The notes beneath the pieces are model-generated. The model searched no databases. It had not been told where the DNA came from and saw only the letters and a list, made by a program, of their open reading frames with translations. The position numbers and the translations under genes are program-made. A stretch of 64,000 nucleotides of DNA from a candidate division WOR-3 bacterium (lineage in GTDB: Bacteria > Hydrothermota > UBA3072): contig JAFGHJ010000006.1 of the NCBI GenBank assembly GCA_016930175.1, positions 1,160 through 65,159 of the forward strand. Direction: 5' to 3'. Positions 55,210 through 64,000 of this stretch are shown one piece after another. Each line of letters opens with the position of its first letter. Position 1 is the stretch's first letter.

Positions 55210-55779
55210 TTACCCCTTTTTTAGTTTATCCCAAATCCATCTGGCATTACTTTTTAAGCTCTCTAAATCTCCGTCGTTTTCTATTATAAAATCCGAGTAT
55301 TTAATAAATTTTTCACTATTCTCTTGAGAATTAAGCCTGCCCATTATGATTTCTTTGTTTAATCCTTTTTCTATTAACCTCTTTTTCTTGTCTTCCAGTG
55401 TAGAGATTAAAAGGATTATATAATCGAACCAGTTTTCGATTCTCCATTCAAATATTAAAGCCCCATCTACTACCACTTTTTTTTTTGACGACTCAATATT
55501 TTCCTTCAGTTTCTTAAGAAGTTCAGGATGAACTATTTCATTAAATGTTTTAAGTTTATCCTTGCCGCCAAAAACAATAGCTCCGAGTTTTTCTCTATTT
55601 ACTTCTCCGTTTTCTATTACTTCCTTGAAATTATCCGCTATTTGACTAATTATATGCGGCTCCTTTAAAACTTCCCATCCAAGCTCATCGCAGGATATAA
55701 GATGCGCTCCTCTTTCTTTAAAAAGCTCACAAATTACGGTTTTGCCTGTACCTGTATTACCTGTTACTCCGATAACCAT
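55210..55779 (-). CDS. coaE: dephospho-CoA kinase
   Basis: VIGVTGNTGTGKT P-loop, 189 aa. Confidence 0.85.
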   Translation of the reverse strand: MVIGVTGNTGTGKTVICELFKERGAHLISCDELGWEVLKEPHIISQIADNFKEVIENGEVNREKLGAIVFGGKDKLKTFNEIVHPELLKKLKENIESSKKKVVVDGALIFEWRIENWFDYIILLISTLEDKKKRLIEKGLNKEIIMGRLNSQENSEKFIKYSDFIIENDGDLESLKSNARWIWDKLKKG

Positions 55780-55856
55780 ATTCTATTCCTCCCCAAAGAA
55801 AATGACAACTTAGAAGTTTTGAGCCGATTAAAGACTCAGCAGTTCAAGGGCTTCTC

Positions 55857-58655
55857 TTAAAACGGTAGACCTAAGTGAAGGTCGTAATGAAAGTCCGGTA
55901 AGATTGTGTTCAAATCGGTCCTTCTCGAGATATCAAAGTTTAAGATCGTTATTCCAAGGTTGAGCCTGAACTCCACACCAAACGACATAATCGGGTCGGC
56001 AAGCTTTATCCAATTATTTTCAGTAGTGAAGAATTGCAGTTCCCTGTAATCATCAGTTGCTACTCCTATATCCGTGAAGAGGGCTCCTTCGATACCCCCC
56101 AGCGATATCGGAGGAAATCCAAGATCCAATCTTTTGATCAAAGGTAATCTTAATTCCATGCTTAATAGCCCGGCGGTCCTCCCGATTTGAGTATTATAAT
56201 CGTATCCTCTAACCGAACGCCCTCCCCCTATCCCAACAGTTCCGAAATCCCTGCTATCTCTACCCCAACTGTGCATTATCAAAAAACGTAAGGCAAAGCT
56301 ATAGTCACCGCTTAAATAAAAGTACTTTCTAAGATCGGTCGAGACAGTACTAATATCCCAAAGATTCTCACCAGCAAGCAGAGGTCTACTGTAAGAAATT
56401 CTGCCTCTGAACCCTTTTATAGGATTCATATAACCCCAAACTGCATTATCTTGAATAAAATCCATATGACCTAACAAACCAAACTCCGGCAGATCCGTAC
56501 TGGTTGGCGTATACCAACCGGGAAGTCCTTCGACAGGAACCAATAAATCTCCGGAAAGATAGTAAGAACTTAAACCCATTTCAATTCTTTTGAACCTATC
56601 AAGAGGAAATATAACATCCGTGTTTACGTTCCAAATATCTCCGGCCAGGTAACCTTCGCTTACCGAAAAAACCCCCTTTTGTCTTACCAAAGATGTAGCA
56701 AGGTCGACTCTGCGCTTCAGATATAAATACATAATGTAGAAACTACTCTCGGCAAGATCTGTATTATTGAATAAGGCGTAAATCTGATGATTCCCAAGCA
56801 TATCACTCATACCTAATGCCAAATATCCAAAAACCCCGTAATCTGAATAATAGCCAAGAGTTCCTGTAAAGTAGTCAACACCGAAATGCAAAGGAGCTCT
56901 GCTATCTTTTTTCATTTTATCTTCTTCTACAAGCATTACCGAAATTTCTTCTTCTTTGTCTAATTCTCTTGGAGGATTCGGTTCTTTTTCTTCTAAGTCT
57001 TCCACTGCATCAATAAAATATATATCCCAGCCGAGATCCGTATATATAGAGACAACTACATGACCGGAATTAGAGATAGAGAAATCATCCACCGACCCGA
57101 TAAGATCCGTCAGCTGTCTCACAACCGACGAATCGGATTTATATATATAAAGATTTTTACCTCCGTCCCTGTAAGAGATAAAGTACACATCAGAATTATA
57201 GACTTTCGGAGCTATAATCTGCTCCCCGAAGGAGAGATACTTTATTATATTTCCCTTTAAATCGGACAGGTATAACATACTTGTGTTGTAATCCCATTTT
57301 TCCGTCTCCGGTCTATCACTGACAAAAAGCAAAGAATCTCCTTTCCAGGCTGGATAATTATCTGAATATCTGTCATGTGTTACATTTAAAAGGGTTTCGC
57401 TTTGAAGGTCGTATACGTAAATATCGGAAGCTCCATTCTTCAAACCAACAAATGCAATTTTCTTGCCATCGGGAGAGAATTCGGGCCATCTTATTAGATC
57501 TAATTGTAAATCGATTTTTTTCAATATCTTTCTCTCTCTTATGCCTAAAATATAAAGCACGTCTTTATTCTTTACCATGGCAGGGAAAACAATTCTTTCC
57601 CCATCGGGAGAAAAGCTGGTGTGCCCATCCATCAGATGTAAAGATTCAAACATGGCAGAGCGCCCTCCTTTGACCAGTAAGCCTAAATCTTCTTTAGTTA
57701 GAGAAGAAACAAGCCTTATTTGAACTTCACCCACTTCATCTGTAAAATATACTATTTTATCACCCGAAGGAGACACAGCGGGAGCATAGTTATAAAGATT
57801 CTCAAAACCACTATGTGTTACAATAGGCCTTGCGATTTCACTTATATATTGTTTACCTTCAATAATTGGCCAATACTGTTTCTTTAGCTCTTTAGTCCAT
57901 TCGGAGTTCAAGCGATTAAGATCTATACCCAAAACGCTAACAATAGCTCCTTCAAAAGAATTGGTGATTTTAAGTTTACTCATTATTTCCCCTATCTTTT
58001 CCTCGCCATATTTTTCTCTTATGTAATATAAAACAGATTGGCCTTCTTTGTATATAGGATATCCACCAATCCTATTCAACTGAGGTATAGTAAAGAGCTT
58101 ATTATTTAAAACAGCGTCCCTAATATATGTTTCGGCACTCTGATCCCATCCCGACGACTCCAACTCTGCCATACCTTCAATAAACCAGAGTGGAATACTG
58201 GAAGTTATTGCCCTTTTAATGGCGTTTACTCCTGTACCGTAAAGAATGCGGTATTGGAAAATGTGAACTAATTCATGATTGAGAACATGCCTGAAGTCAG
58301 AATAAGACCCGGTAAAGGGAATAACGATACGATTCTTGAAAAGCTCTGCGAAACCTCCTACGCCCTCAGGTATTCTATCAAGAATTACGTTGGTTCCCTG
58401 AAAGTCCGGATGAGACTTGTACAGAATTACAGGGATTTCATCCTCGTTTTTTCTCTCGTTATAATTAAATCTTTTTTTCAACCTGTTATAACTCTCTTCT
58501 AAAACATCTGCCGCAAAAGGGACCAAGACCTTCTCACTCTTATAGTAATATATATGAAAATGCTCTGTTTCATGCATCATCCATTCATGTGAGGTATACT
58601 GAATCTTGTTTTGCTCAAAGAGATATTGAGATGTTAGTAAAAGCAATAAAATCAT
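55857..58655 (-). CDS. large outer-membrane protein: HExxH peptidase-like N-domain, PD40/TolB-like beta-propeller repeats and C-terminal Omp85-like beta-barrel
   Basis: LNHELVHIF (HExxH). Repeated SPDG/SPSGDKIVF-type blades. The aromatic-rich alternating C-terminal ~330 aa ends in ...LHLGLPF (terminal Phe). Confidence 0.6.
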   Translation of the reverse strand: MILLLLLTSQYLFEQNKIQYTSHEWMMHETEHFHIYYYKSEKVLVPFAADVLEESYNRLKKRFNYNERKNEDEIPVILYKSHPDFQGTNVILDRIPEGVGGFAELFKNRIVIPFTGSYSDFRHVLNHELVHIFQYRILYGTGVNAIKRAITSSIPLWFIEGMAELESSGWDQSAETYIRDAVLNNKLFTIPQLNRIGGYPIYKEGQSVLYYIREKYGEEKIGEIMSKLKITNSFEGAIVSVLGIDLNRLNSEWTKELKKQYWPIIEGKQYISEIARPIVTHSGFENLYNYAPAVSPSGDKIVYFTDEVGEVQIRLVSSLTKEDLGLLVKGGRSAMFESLHLMDGHTSFSPDGERIVFPAMVKNKDVLYILGIRERKILKKIDLQLDLIRWPEFSPDGKKIAFVGLKNGASDIYVYDLQSETLLNVTHDRYSDNYPAWKGDSLLFVSDRPETEKWDYNTSMLYLSDLKGNIIKYLSFGEQIIAPKVYNSDVYFISYRDGGKNLYIYKSDSSVVRQLTDLIGSVDDFSISNSGHVVVSIYTDLGWDIYFIDAVEDLEEKEPNPPRELDKEEEISVMLVEEDKMKKDSRAPLHFGVDYFTGTLGYYSDYGVFGYLALGMSDMLGNHQIYALFNNTDLAESSFYIMYLYLKRRVDLATSLVRQKGVFSVSEGYLAGDIWNVNTDVIFPLDRFKRIEMGLSSYYLSGDLLVPVEGLPGWYTPTSTDLPEFGLLGHMDFIQDNAVWGYMNPIKGFRGRISYSRPLLAGENLWDISTVSTDLRKYFYLSGDYSFALRFLIMHSWGRDSRDFGTVGIGGGRSVRGYDYNTQIGRTAGLLSMELRLPLIKRLDLGFPPISLGGIEGALFTDIGVATDDYRELQFFTTENNWIKLADPIMSFGVEFRLNLGITILNFDISRRTDLNTILPDFHYDLHLGLPF

Positions 58656-59101
58656 ATTAATCCTCCTATTATGAATCCAATTAAAAGCCCGCCAGCAAAA
58701 GTCCAGGCAAGCAACTTCGTATCCATTATTTCTTTCTTATAACCCATTTTGATTGCTATAAAAGATAAAAGATTACCAATACCATTAACAAGAAAAAGCA
58801 AAGGAAGAGCCAGAAATCTTACAATAATACTTCCGACAACAGGTATCCCTCCCAAAAGAGCAACCAGACTTGACCAGCCTTGAGATACAATACCGAAAAG
58901 AAAAACTCCTATACCAATTATCCGTTTGTCCCACCTTAAGTAAACTCCTAAGGATATTATAATTCCCCCTATCAAGAATAACACTAATACTTGCAGAAGT
59001 CTTTTTCTTTTAGGCTCCGCTTCCTCAAGAGAAATATCGTCCTTTAATTTTTCTATATCCCTATTATTTGTTTTCTCTTTTCCCATGCTCATCACCTGCA
59101 C
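58652..59101 (-). CDS. small integral membrane protein, function unknown
   Basis: 149 aa with about 4 TM helices after a charged N-terminus. ATGA overlap with the downstream outer-membrane protein gene. Confidence 0.55.
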   Translation of the reverse strand: MQVMSMGKEKTNNRDIEKLKDDISLEEAEPKRKRLLQVLVLFLIGGIIISLGVYLRWDKRIIGIGVFLFGIVSQGWSSLVALLGGIPVVGSIIVRFLALPLLFLVNGIGNLLSFIAIKMGYKKEIMDTKLLAWTFAGGLLIGFIIGGLI

Positions 59102-59183
59102 TTTATAAAGTCTATGCCTAATGTATTAGACCCTTATAATATGTGGGTGGTTCCATTTTTCTTTAATTTTGAGTATGTTTTTA

Positions 59184-60722
59184 CTACTTCGTCAACCATA
59201 GTTTACGGTCAAGAGTTCTATACTGGATTGCTTCTGCTATATGTTGAGATTGTATATCCTTTTCATCTTCCAGATCGGAAATAGTTCTTGCCATTTTTAA
59301 AATTCTGTCTACAGCTCTCGCGGAAAAGCCGAATTTATCCATCGCTGAGTTAAGCAGAGTTCTGCTTTTTTCGTCGATCGCGCAATATTTTCTTATCTTT
59401 TTAGAATCAAGATGCGCATTAAAATATAAATTTTCTTTTTTGTATCTTTTTTCTTGTATTTTCCGGCACTTTTCTATTCTCTTCCTGATAGATTTTGAGC
59501 TTTCTCCTTCTTTCATATCCATAATCTCATTATATTTAACTCTACCAACAGTAACATGCATGTCTATTCTGTCAAGCAGAGGCCCTGAAATCTTTGAGCG
59601 GTACCGGTCTATCTTTGAAGGGGTACAATTGCATTCTCTATAGGCATCTCCAAAATATCCGCAAGGGCAGGGATTCATAGCACCTATAAGCATAAAGCGA
59701 GCAGGATAAGCTATTGTACTTTTGGCTCTGGAAATAGTTACAAAACCATCTTCAAGTGGCTGACGAAGCACTTCGAGAACATTTCTGTTAAACTCTGGTA
59801 ATTCATCTAAGAATAAAACTCCATTGTGAGCCAAACTAACTTCTCCCGGCTGAGGATAAGTACCTCCTCCTATGAGTCCCGCATAAGAAATCGTGTGATG
59901 AGGCGACCGGAAAGGTCTTTTTGCTACTAGTGAGACTTTTGGAGGCAAAGCTCCAACTACGGAATGAATCTTGGTCGTTTCAATAGCTTCTTCAATATTC
60001 ATTAAAGGCAAAATTGTCGGTATTCTTTTCGCAAGCATTGTTTTACCGGAACCGGGAGGACCTATCATCAAGACATTGTGGCCGCCGGCAACAGCAACTT
60101 CAAGAGCTCTTTTTGCCGTATCCTGACCTTTAACATCCGAGAAATCAAGGTCAAACTCCGAAGTTTCTCTGAAAATCTCGTCGATATCCATTAAAAAAGG
60201 TTCTTTTCTGCCATCCCCGAGGGTATCAATACATTCATTTATATTGTTCACCGGATATATTGCTGCCCCTTTTACAACTCCTGCTTCTTCAGCATTCAAA
60301 AAAGGCACAACCATTCGTTCTATTTTGTTTTCCTTGGCCAGAATGGAAGCGGATAAAACGCCTCTTACCTTTCTGATTCTTCCGTCGAGAGCAAGTTCAC
60401 CAACAATCAACGCATTTTTTAACTTACCAGGATCAATTTGACCTGAAGCGGATAAAATACCGAGTGCAATTGGAAGGTCAAGAGAGGTTCCTTCCTTTTT
60501 TATATCTGCAGGAGCAAGATTAACAGTAATCTTTTTTAGCGGAAATTCGAAATCCACACTCTTTATTGCAGATTCGACTCTTTCTCTTGACTCTTTTACA
60601 GCTGTTTCCGGCAATCCGACAATTAAAAAGGAAGGTAGACCTCTTGAAAGGCTTACTTCGACTTCAACGATCTTTGCTTCAATTCCTTGAAGAGCGCAGG
60701 AAAAAACTCTGGAGAGCTCCAA
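59184..60722 (-). CDS. YifB/ComM family Mg-chelatase-like AAA+ ATPase
   Basis: Lon-protease-like N-domain, GPPGSGKTM Walker A, VLFLDELPEF Walker B and C-terminal ARAVDRILKMARTISDLE. Confidence 0.9.
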   Translation of the reverse strand: MELSRVFSCALQGIEAKIVEVEVSLSRGLPSFLIVGLPETAVKESRERVESAIKSVDFEFPLKKITVNLAPADIKKEGTSLDLPIALGILSASGQIDPGKLKNALIVGELALDGRIRKVRGVLSASILAKENKIERMVVPFLNAEEAGVVKGAAIYPVNNINECIDTLGDGRKEPFLMDIDEIFRETSEFDLDFSDVKGQDTAKRALEVAVAGGHNVLMIGPPGSGKTMLAKRIPTILPLMNIEEAIETTKIHSVVGALPPKVSLVAKRPFRSPHHTISYAGLIGGGTYPQPGEVSLAHNGVLFLDELPEFNRNVLEVLRQPLEDGFVTISRAKSTIAYPARFMLIGAMNPCPCGYFGDAYRECNCTPSKIDRYRSKISGPLLDRIDMHVTVGRVKYNEIMDMKEGESSKSIRKRIEKCRKIQEKRYKKENLYFNAHLDSKKIRKYCAIDEKSRTLLNSAMDKFGFSARAVDRILKMARTISDLEDEKDIQSQHIAEAIQYRTLDRKLWLTK

Positions 60723-60739
60723 TATATCTTTCTAAACTC

Positions 60740-60949
60740 TTAACTCTTTTGTTGCTTTTGGCTTACACCGATACCCGTACCATAACTGAGCTCTCCGTTG
60801 TCTATTCGAATGTGAAAATGACAATCCGGATTTGTGCATACCCATGCTTTGTAGGGTATTGATGCACCACCCTGCCCATAATCCGATAAGGGGATAAGCA
60901 CGCCAAAATTACATTTTTGACATTTGGGATATTCCATTGGTAAATCCAC
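60740..60949 (-). CDS. small zinc-ribbon protein, function unknown
   Basis: CQKC...CTNPDC (CxxC...CxxxxC). GTG start 5 nt after GGGAGGAGG. It lies 18 nt upstream of yifB on the same strand. Confidence 0.5.
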   Translation of the reverse strand: MDLPMEYPKCQKCNFGVLIPLSDYGQGGASIPYKAWVCTNPDCHFHIRIDNGELSYGTGIGVSQKQQKS

Positions 60950-61050
60950 TTCCTCCTCCCTTTATAAGTTTTAGACTATAAATATTCACTTATTACAACA
61001 ATCAACTTTATCTGTGTTCTACGCCTCGACTAACCATCTTCTTTAAATAA

Positions 61051-61078
61051 AGTATAATTTCATTCCCACATATGTCAA
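61051..61078 (-). promoter_or_regulatory. sigma70-type promoter for the zinc-ribbon/yifB unit
   Basis: The minus strand reads TTGACA-16 nt-TATACT. Confidence 0.55.
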
Positions 61079-61174
61079 GAGGCAAACCCCAACCCCTATT
61101 TTGACCGCAGATTGCACATAGCCATCCCCCTTTTTTTCTTTTTCCCAACAAAATCATTGTTCCAGAATCCACTC

Positions 61175-61202
61175 TTGACTTATTTAGAGGTTTTAGTATA
61201 CT
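61175..61202 (+). promoter_or_regulatory. sigma70-type promoter for the aldolase-fold gene
   Basis: TTGACT-16 nt-TATACT. Confidence 0.55.
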
Positions 61203-61238
61203 CTCAAAAGAATTTTTTTATATAAAAGGAGTTTTTTT

Positions 61239-62195
61239 ATGTATAGACCGGAAATAACAGTTGTTGATTGTACTATAAGAGACGGGGGACTGATGAATAA
61301 TTCAATGTTCCCGTTTGAAACTGTCAGGGCTGTCTACAAAGCCGTATGTGAAGCGGGTGTAGACATTGTTGAGCTCGGTTATAGAAACAGTAAAGAAATG
61401 TTTTCTACGGATGAATACGGACCCTGGAGATTCTGCGACGACGAAGACCTTAAGAAAATTGTAGATGGTGTCGAAAGCGAAACTAAACTTTCAGTGATGA
61501 TGGACGCGCATAAGAGCACGGTCGATGACATATTGCCTAAAGAAGGAAGCCCTGTTGATATCATCAGGGTTGCTACTTACGTAAAAGATATTGATAAAGC
61601 AATAAAAACTGCTAATGCCGCGACTGATAACGGTTACGACGCAACCATAAATGTTATGGCAATTTCCCATGCGGTAGATTGGGAATTGGACGAAGCACTT
61701 GCTCAGATACAGGAAGAAACAAAAGTGTTTGCTGTATATATAGTGGATAGTTTTGGCGCTCTGTATAGTGAAGACATTGATTTCTATTATGATAAGTATA
61801 AGAAGTACATCAAAAACAGAGAAATAGGCGTGCACTGTCATAATCATCAACAGCTTGCATTTGCCAACACAATCCAGGGTATAATAAGAGGAGCAAACTA
61901 CGTGGATGGTACTCTCTATGGAATTGGAAGAGCCGCGGGTAACTGTCCTCTGGAACTTTTAATGTCTTTTCTCAAGAATCCCAAATTCGATATAAGGCCG
62001 ATCATAGATGTTATAGGAAAACATATTATGCCCTTGCAGCAAGAAATCACATGGGGATATAATATCCCTTATATGGTAGCCGGCATATTGAATTTACATC
62101 CCAGCGAGGCAATGGAGTTTCTTAAACTTGATAAGGATGATCCGTCAAAGACAGATTACAGAGCGTTCTACGAAAAGTGCCTCGATTTGGTTTAA
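61239..62195 (+). CDS. HMGL-like / DRE-TIM aldolase-fold protein (pyruvate carboxyltransferase domain)
   Basis: VVDCTIRDGG N-terminal motif and HCHNH metal-binding motif. Confidence 0.7.
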   Translation: MYRPEITVVDCTIRDGGLMNNSMFPFETVRAVYKAVCEAGVDIVELGYRNSKEMFSTDEYGPWRFCDDEDLKKIVDGVESETKLSVMMDAHKSTVDDILPKEGSPVDIIRVATYVKDIDKAIKTANAATDNGYDATINVMAISHAVDWELDEALAQIQEETKVFAVYIVDSFGALYSEDIDFYYDKYKKYIKNREIGVHCHNHQQLAFANTIQGIIRGANYVDGTLYGIGRAAGNCPLELLMSFLKNPKFDIRPIIDVIGKHIMPLQQEITWGYNIPYMVAGILNLHPSEAMEFLKLDKDDPSKTDYRAFYEKCLDLV

Positions 62196-62343
62196 AAAAG
62201 AAAAGCTTAATGATTGTTCCCTCCGAATTTTCCGTCATTTTTATTTTTAAATTATACTGTAAATATAATATTTGTCGAGAGGCATTTTAAATCGCCACAA
62301 AGGCTGAAAGCGTATCCGTGCCCATCGCAGCTGGTCAGGGGGT

Positions 62344-62369
62344 GGGGAGGAATTCTTAATTCTCTCCCC
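62344..62369. terminator. possible hairpin terminator between convergent genes
   Basis: GGGGAGGAATT-CTT-AATTC(T)CTCCCC hairpin. It has only a weak U-tract on the plus strand and none on the minus strand. Confidence 0.35.
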
Positions 62370-62380
62370 TATGTTCTTTG

Positions 62381-63319
62381 TTACAATTTTCTAATCTTTA
62401 TGCTTCCGTTTGTGGTGCTTGCGTTTATTTCTGGGCCGCCTTGTCCCATTATACCTTTGATGTATTTGTTTTTATGTTGCGAAATAACCTCTAGGGAGAT
62501 ATCGTCTAAATCGATTCCGCCATTAGTTGTACTTAGTTCAAGAACGCTATTAAGAGAACCCGGTATGCCAATTGTTATCGAACCGTTTGTAGTGCTAATT
62601 TCTGATCCTCCTTCTTCTATTCCCTTAAATTCAGCCTCTATACCGCCATTGGTAGTTCTTAACTCTTTTATCCCTTCGCCTTTAACTCTTATTCTCCCGT
62701 TTGTTGTTGTGGCTGTAATCAAACCCTTCGCATTTTCAATCTCTACTTTTCCATTTGTGGTTCGCGCTTCTATATTGCCTTCTACGTTTTCGATTTTAAT
62801 TTCTCCATTCGTTGTTGTTATTTTGGAAGGTCCTTTTGTACCTGTAAGTGTTATCTCGCCGTTAGTACTTGTGGCTTCTGTAACAACAAGGTAATTGGGT
62901 ACCTTTATTTCATAGTTAACTGCCCCGGATCCGCTGAAGCCAGAGGTTATTGCTTGTTTAATAAGATCCCAAGAACTAAACTTTTCTTCCTCAGAAGACT
63001 TTTCTTTGGATTCGTCTGCCGGGAATTTAGTTTCGATAACAATATTCTCATCCACAGAAATATCAATATCGATCTTATCAAGTTCCTCCTCGCTCTTATT
63101 AGTACCTACTACAGCAAAAATTTCTACCTGGTCTTTATCCCATTTTTCTATATCAATTTTTCCGTTACGAGTGGATACGCTCAAATCCATTCCCTTCTTC
63201 ACTTCGAGAGTTTTCCTAAATTCTCGTTGATATTTATAAGAACCTCTTGCGCTTAAGGGAGTAATTGCGAAAAGAACAAATAAAACTGCAAGTAATTGAC
63301 TCCTTAACCTTTTTTTCAT
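62381..63319 (-). CDS. secreted DUF4097-like beta-strand repeat protein
   Basis: Signal peptide MKKRLRSQLLAVLFVLFAITPLSA, then at least 9 repeats of the TTNG(x)I motif. Confidence 0.75.
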   Translation of the reverse strand: MKKRLRSQLLAVLFVLFAITPLSARGSYKYQREFRKTLEVKKGMDLSVSTRNGKIDIEKWDKDQVEIFAVVGTNKSEEELDKIDIDISVDENIVIETKFPADESKEKSSEEEKFSSWDLIKQAITSGFSGSGAVNYEIKVPNYLVVTEATSTNGEITLTGTKGPSKITTTNGEIKIENVEGNIEARTTNGKVEIENAKGLITATTTNGRIRVKGEGIKELRTTNGGIEAEFKGIEEGGSEISTTNGSITIGIPGSLNSVLELSTTNGGIDLDDISLEVISQHKNKYIKGIMGQGGPEINASTTNGSIKIRKL

Positions 63320-63334
63320 TTTTCCTCCTTTTAC

Positions 63335-64000
63335 TTATTTTATGGTTAATCTCCCTGTTAATCTTTTAATTTTATACACGGACAAATACCAGTCGAACCG
63401 AGCCTGGGTCATAGAATACTCTGCTTCAAGCAGGTCTTCTTCCGCTTCTAAAAATTCTATAACTGAGGCTTCCCCGAGGGTGTATCTCTCGTTGGCAGCA
63501 TCGTGGCTTTCGCGGGCAAACTCAAGAGTTGCGCCGGCAAGGTCAAGTTTTTCCTCTGTTTCCTTGTAGCTTAAATATTCGTCTTCTACCGCAACGGTAA
63601 GTTCTCTCTCCCTATCTTGCAAATTTATATCTGCCAAATCCTTTTTCAGTCTGTTGATTGTGTATTTATTAAATCTCGAAAAACCGGTAAATATGGGGAC
63701 GGTTATAGATAATCCGATCGAGTAATCATAATTATCCCTTAAAACAGAGGATCTTGGGAATTCTTCTCCTGTATGCTGGAAATCCGTGAAGAACGAAACA
63801 GAAAAGAGATCCTCAGTTGTACCGCCCAATATATCGTATTTTGCGGCATTATATTCCGCCTTATATTTGTTGTATAGAGGGTCGGTTTCCATCGCCATAT
63901 ATCGAATCGAATCTCTTGATGGAATTTCAAATTCGACTTGCGGTTCTTCGAGCTCCAGCGAATCTCTTGCCGTTAAGCCTAAAATATTGTTTAGCATTAA
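63335..64000 (-). CDS. TolC-family outer-membrane efflux protein, C-terminal part (5' end off-window)
   Basis: Coiled-coil repeat pattern ...AEYSMTQARFDWYLSVYKIKRLTG at the C-terminus. The frame remains open to the window edge. Confidence 0.65.
   Translation of the reverse strand, partial: LMLNNILGLTARDSLELEEPQVEFEIPSRDSIRYMAMETDPLYNKYKAEYNAAKYDILGGTTEDLFSVSFFTDFQHTGEEFPRSSVLRDNYDYSIGLSITVPIFTGFSRFNKYTINRLKKDLADINLQDRERELTVAVEDEYLSYKETEEKLDLAGATLEFARESHDAANERYTLGEASVIEFLEAEEDLLEAEYSMTQARFDWYLSVYKIKRLTGRLTIK

Noticed and set aside
62214-62894. 226-aa plus-strand ORF rich in PFVV repeats
   Set aside because: It is a mirror ORF of the TTNG repeats of the DUF4097-like gene on the minus strand. 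It has no start context and its repeat periodicity is inherited from the opposite strand.

Overview
Low-GC (AT-rich by eye) chromosomal segment from a diderm bacterium, judged from an LpxL-type acyltransferase, an Omp85-like barrel protein, a TolC-like protein and an O-antigen-ligase family protein. FprA and a GTP-dependent PEPCK fit an anaerobe, probably uncultured; the lineage cannot be named from sequence alone. The left part (1-23.9 kb) is housekeeping: an ArsR/radical-SAM operon, an FMN-riboswitch-controlled ribD-ribE-ribBA-ribH-nusB operon, maf, mtnA, comEA, arsC, pncA, fprA, pckG, two tRNA-Pro genes, surE-pcm, murJ, scpB, rluB and an exonuclease-DinG fusion. The middle (23.9-48.6 kb) is one same-strand surface-glycan locus of the ABC-transporter-dependent type. 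It holds Wzm and a Wzt with a C-terminal extension, about 8 glycosyltransferase domains, 5 SAM-methyltransferase domains, a sulfotransferase, a pyruvyl transferase, sugar-nucleotide modifying enzymes and an O-antigen-ligase-family protein. The right part (48.6-64 kb) is housekeeping again: pfkA, glyA, a class V aminotransferase, an MCP, an MscS channel, coaE, a large peptidase-like/PD40/Omp85-like outer-membrane protein, yifB/comM, an aldolase-fold protein, a DUF4097-like repeat protein and a partial TolC-like gene. No transposase, integrase, phage gene, CRISPR array or rRNA was seen. The most unusual signals are four. (1) A four-helix-bundle (23S-IVS-protein/Avd family) gene sits between wzm and wzt, bracketed by inverted period-8 GTTGAA/TTCAAC arrays. 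The downstream array is a perfect (CAATTCAA)x4 repeat inside the 5' end of wzt. (2) A ParB/Srx-like domain is fused to a methyltransferase in the glycan locus. (3) Intergenic CACAGAG heptad arrays and C-rich/G-poor tracts recur throughout the window. (4) The promoter geometry TTGAC(A/T)-N16/17-TAnnnT is very uniform (N16 at 11 of the 13 annotated sites) and places several start codons at or near the predicted transcription start. All calls come from reading the sequence and recalling protein families. No database search, alignment or folding was run, and hand-counted motif coordinates may be off by 1-2 nt.
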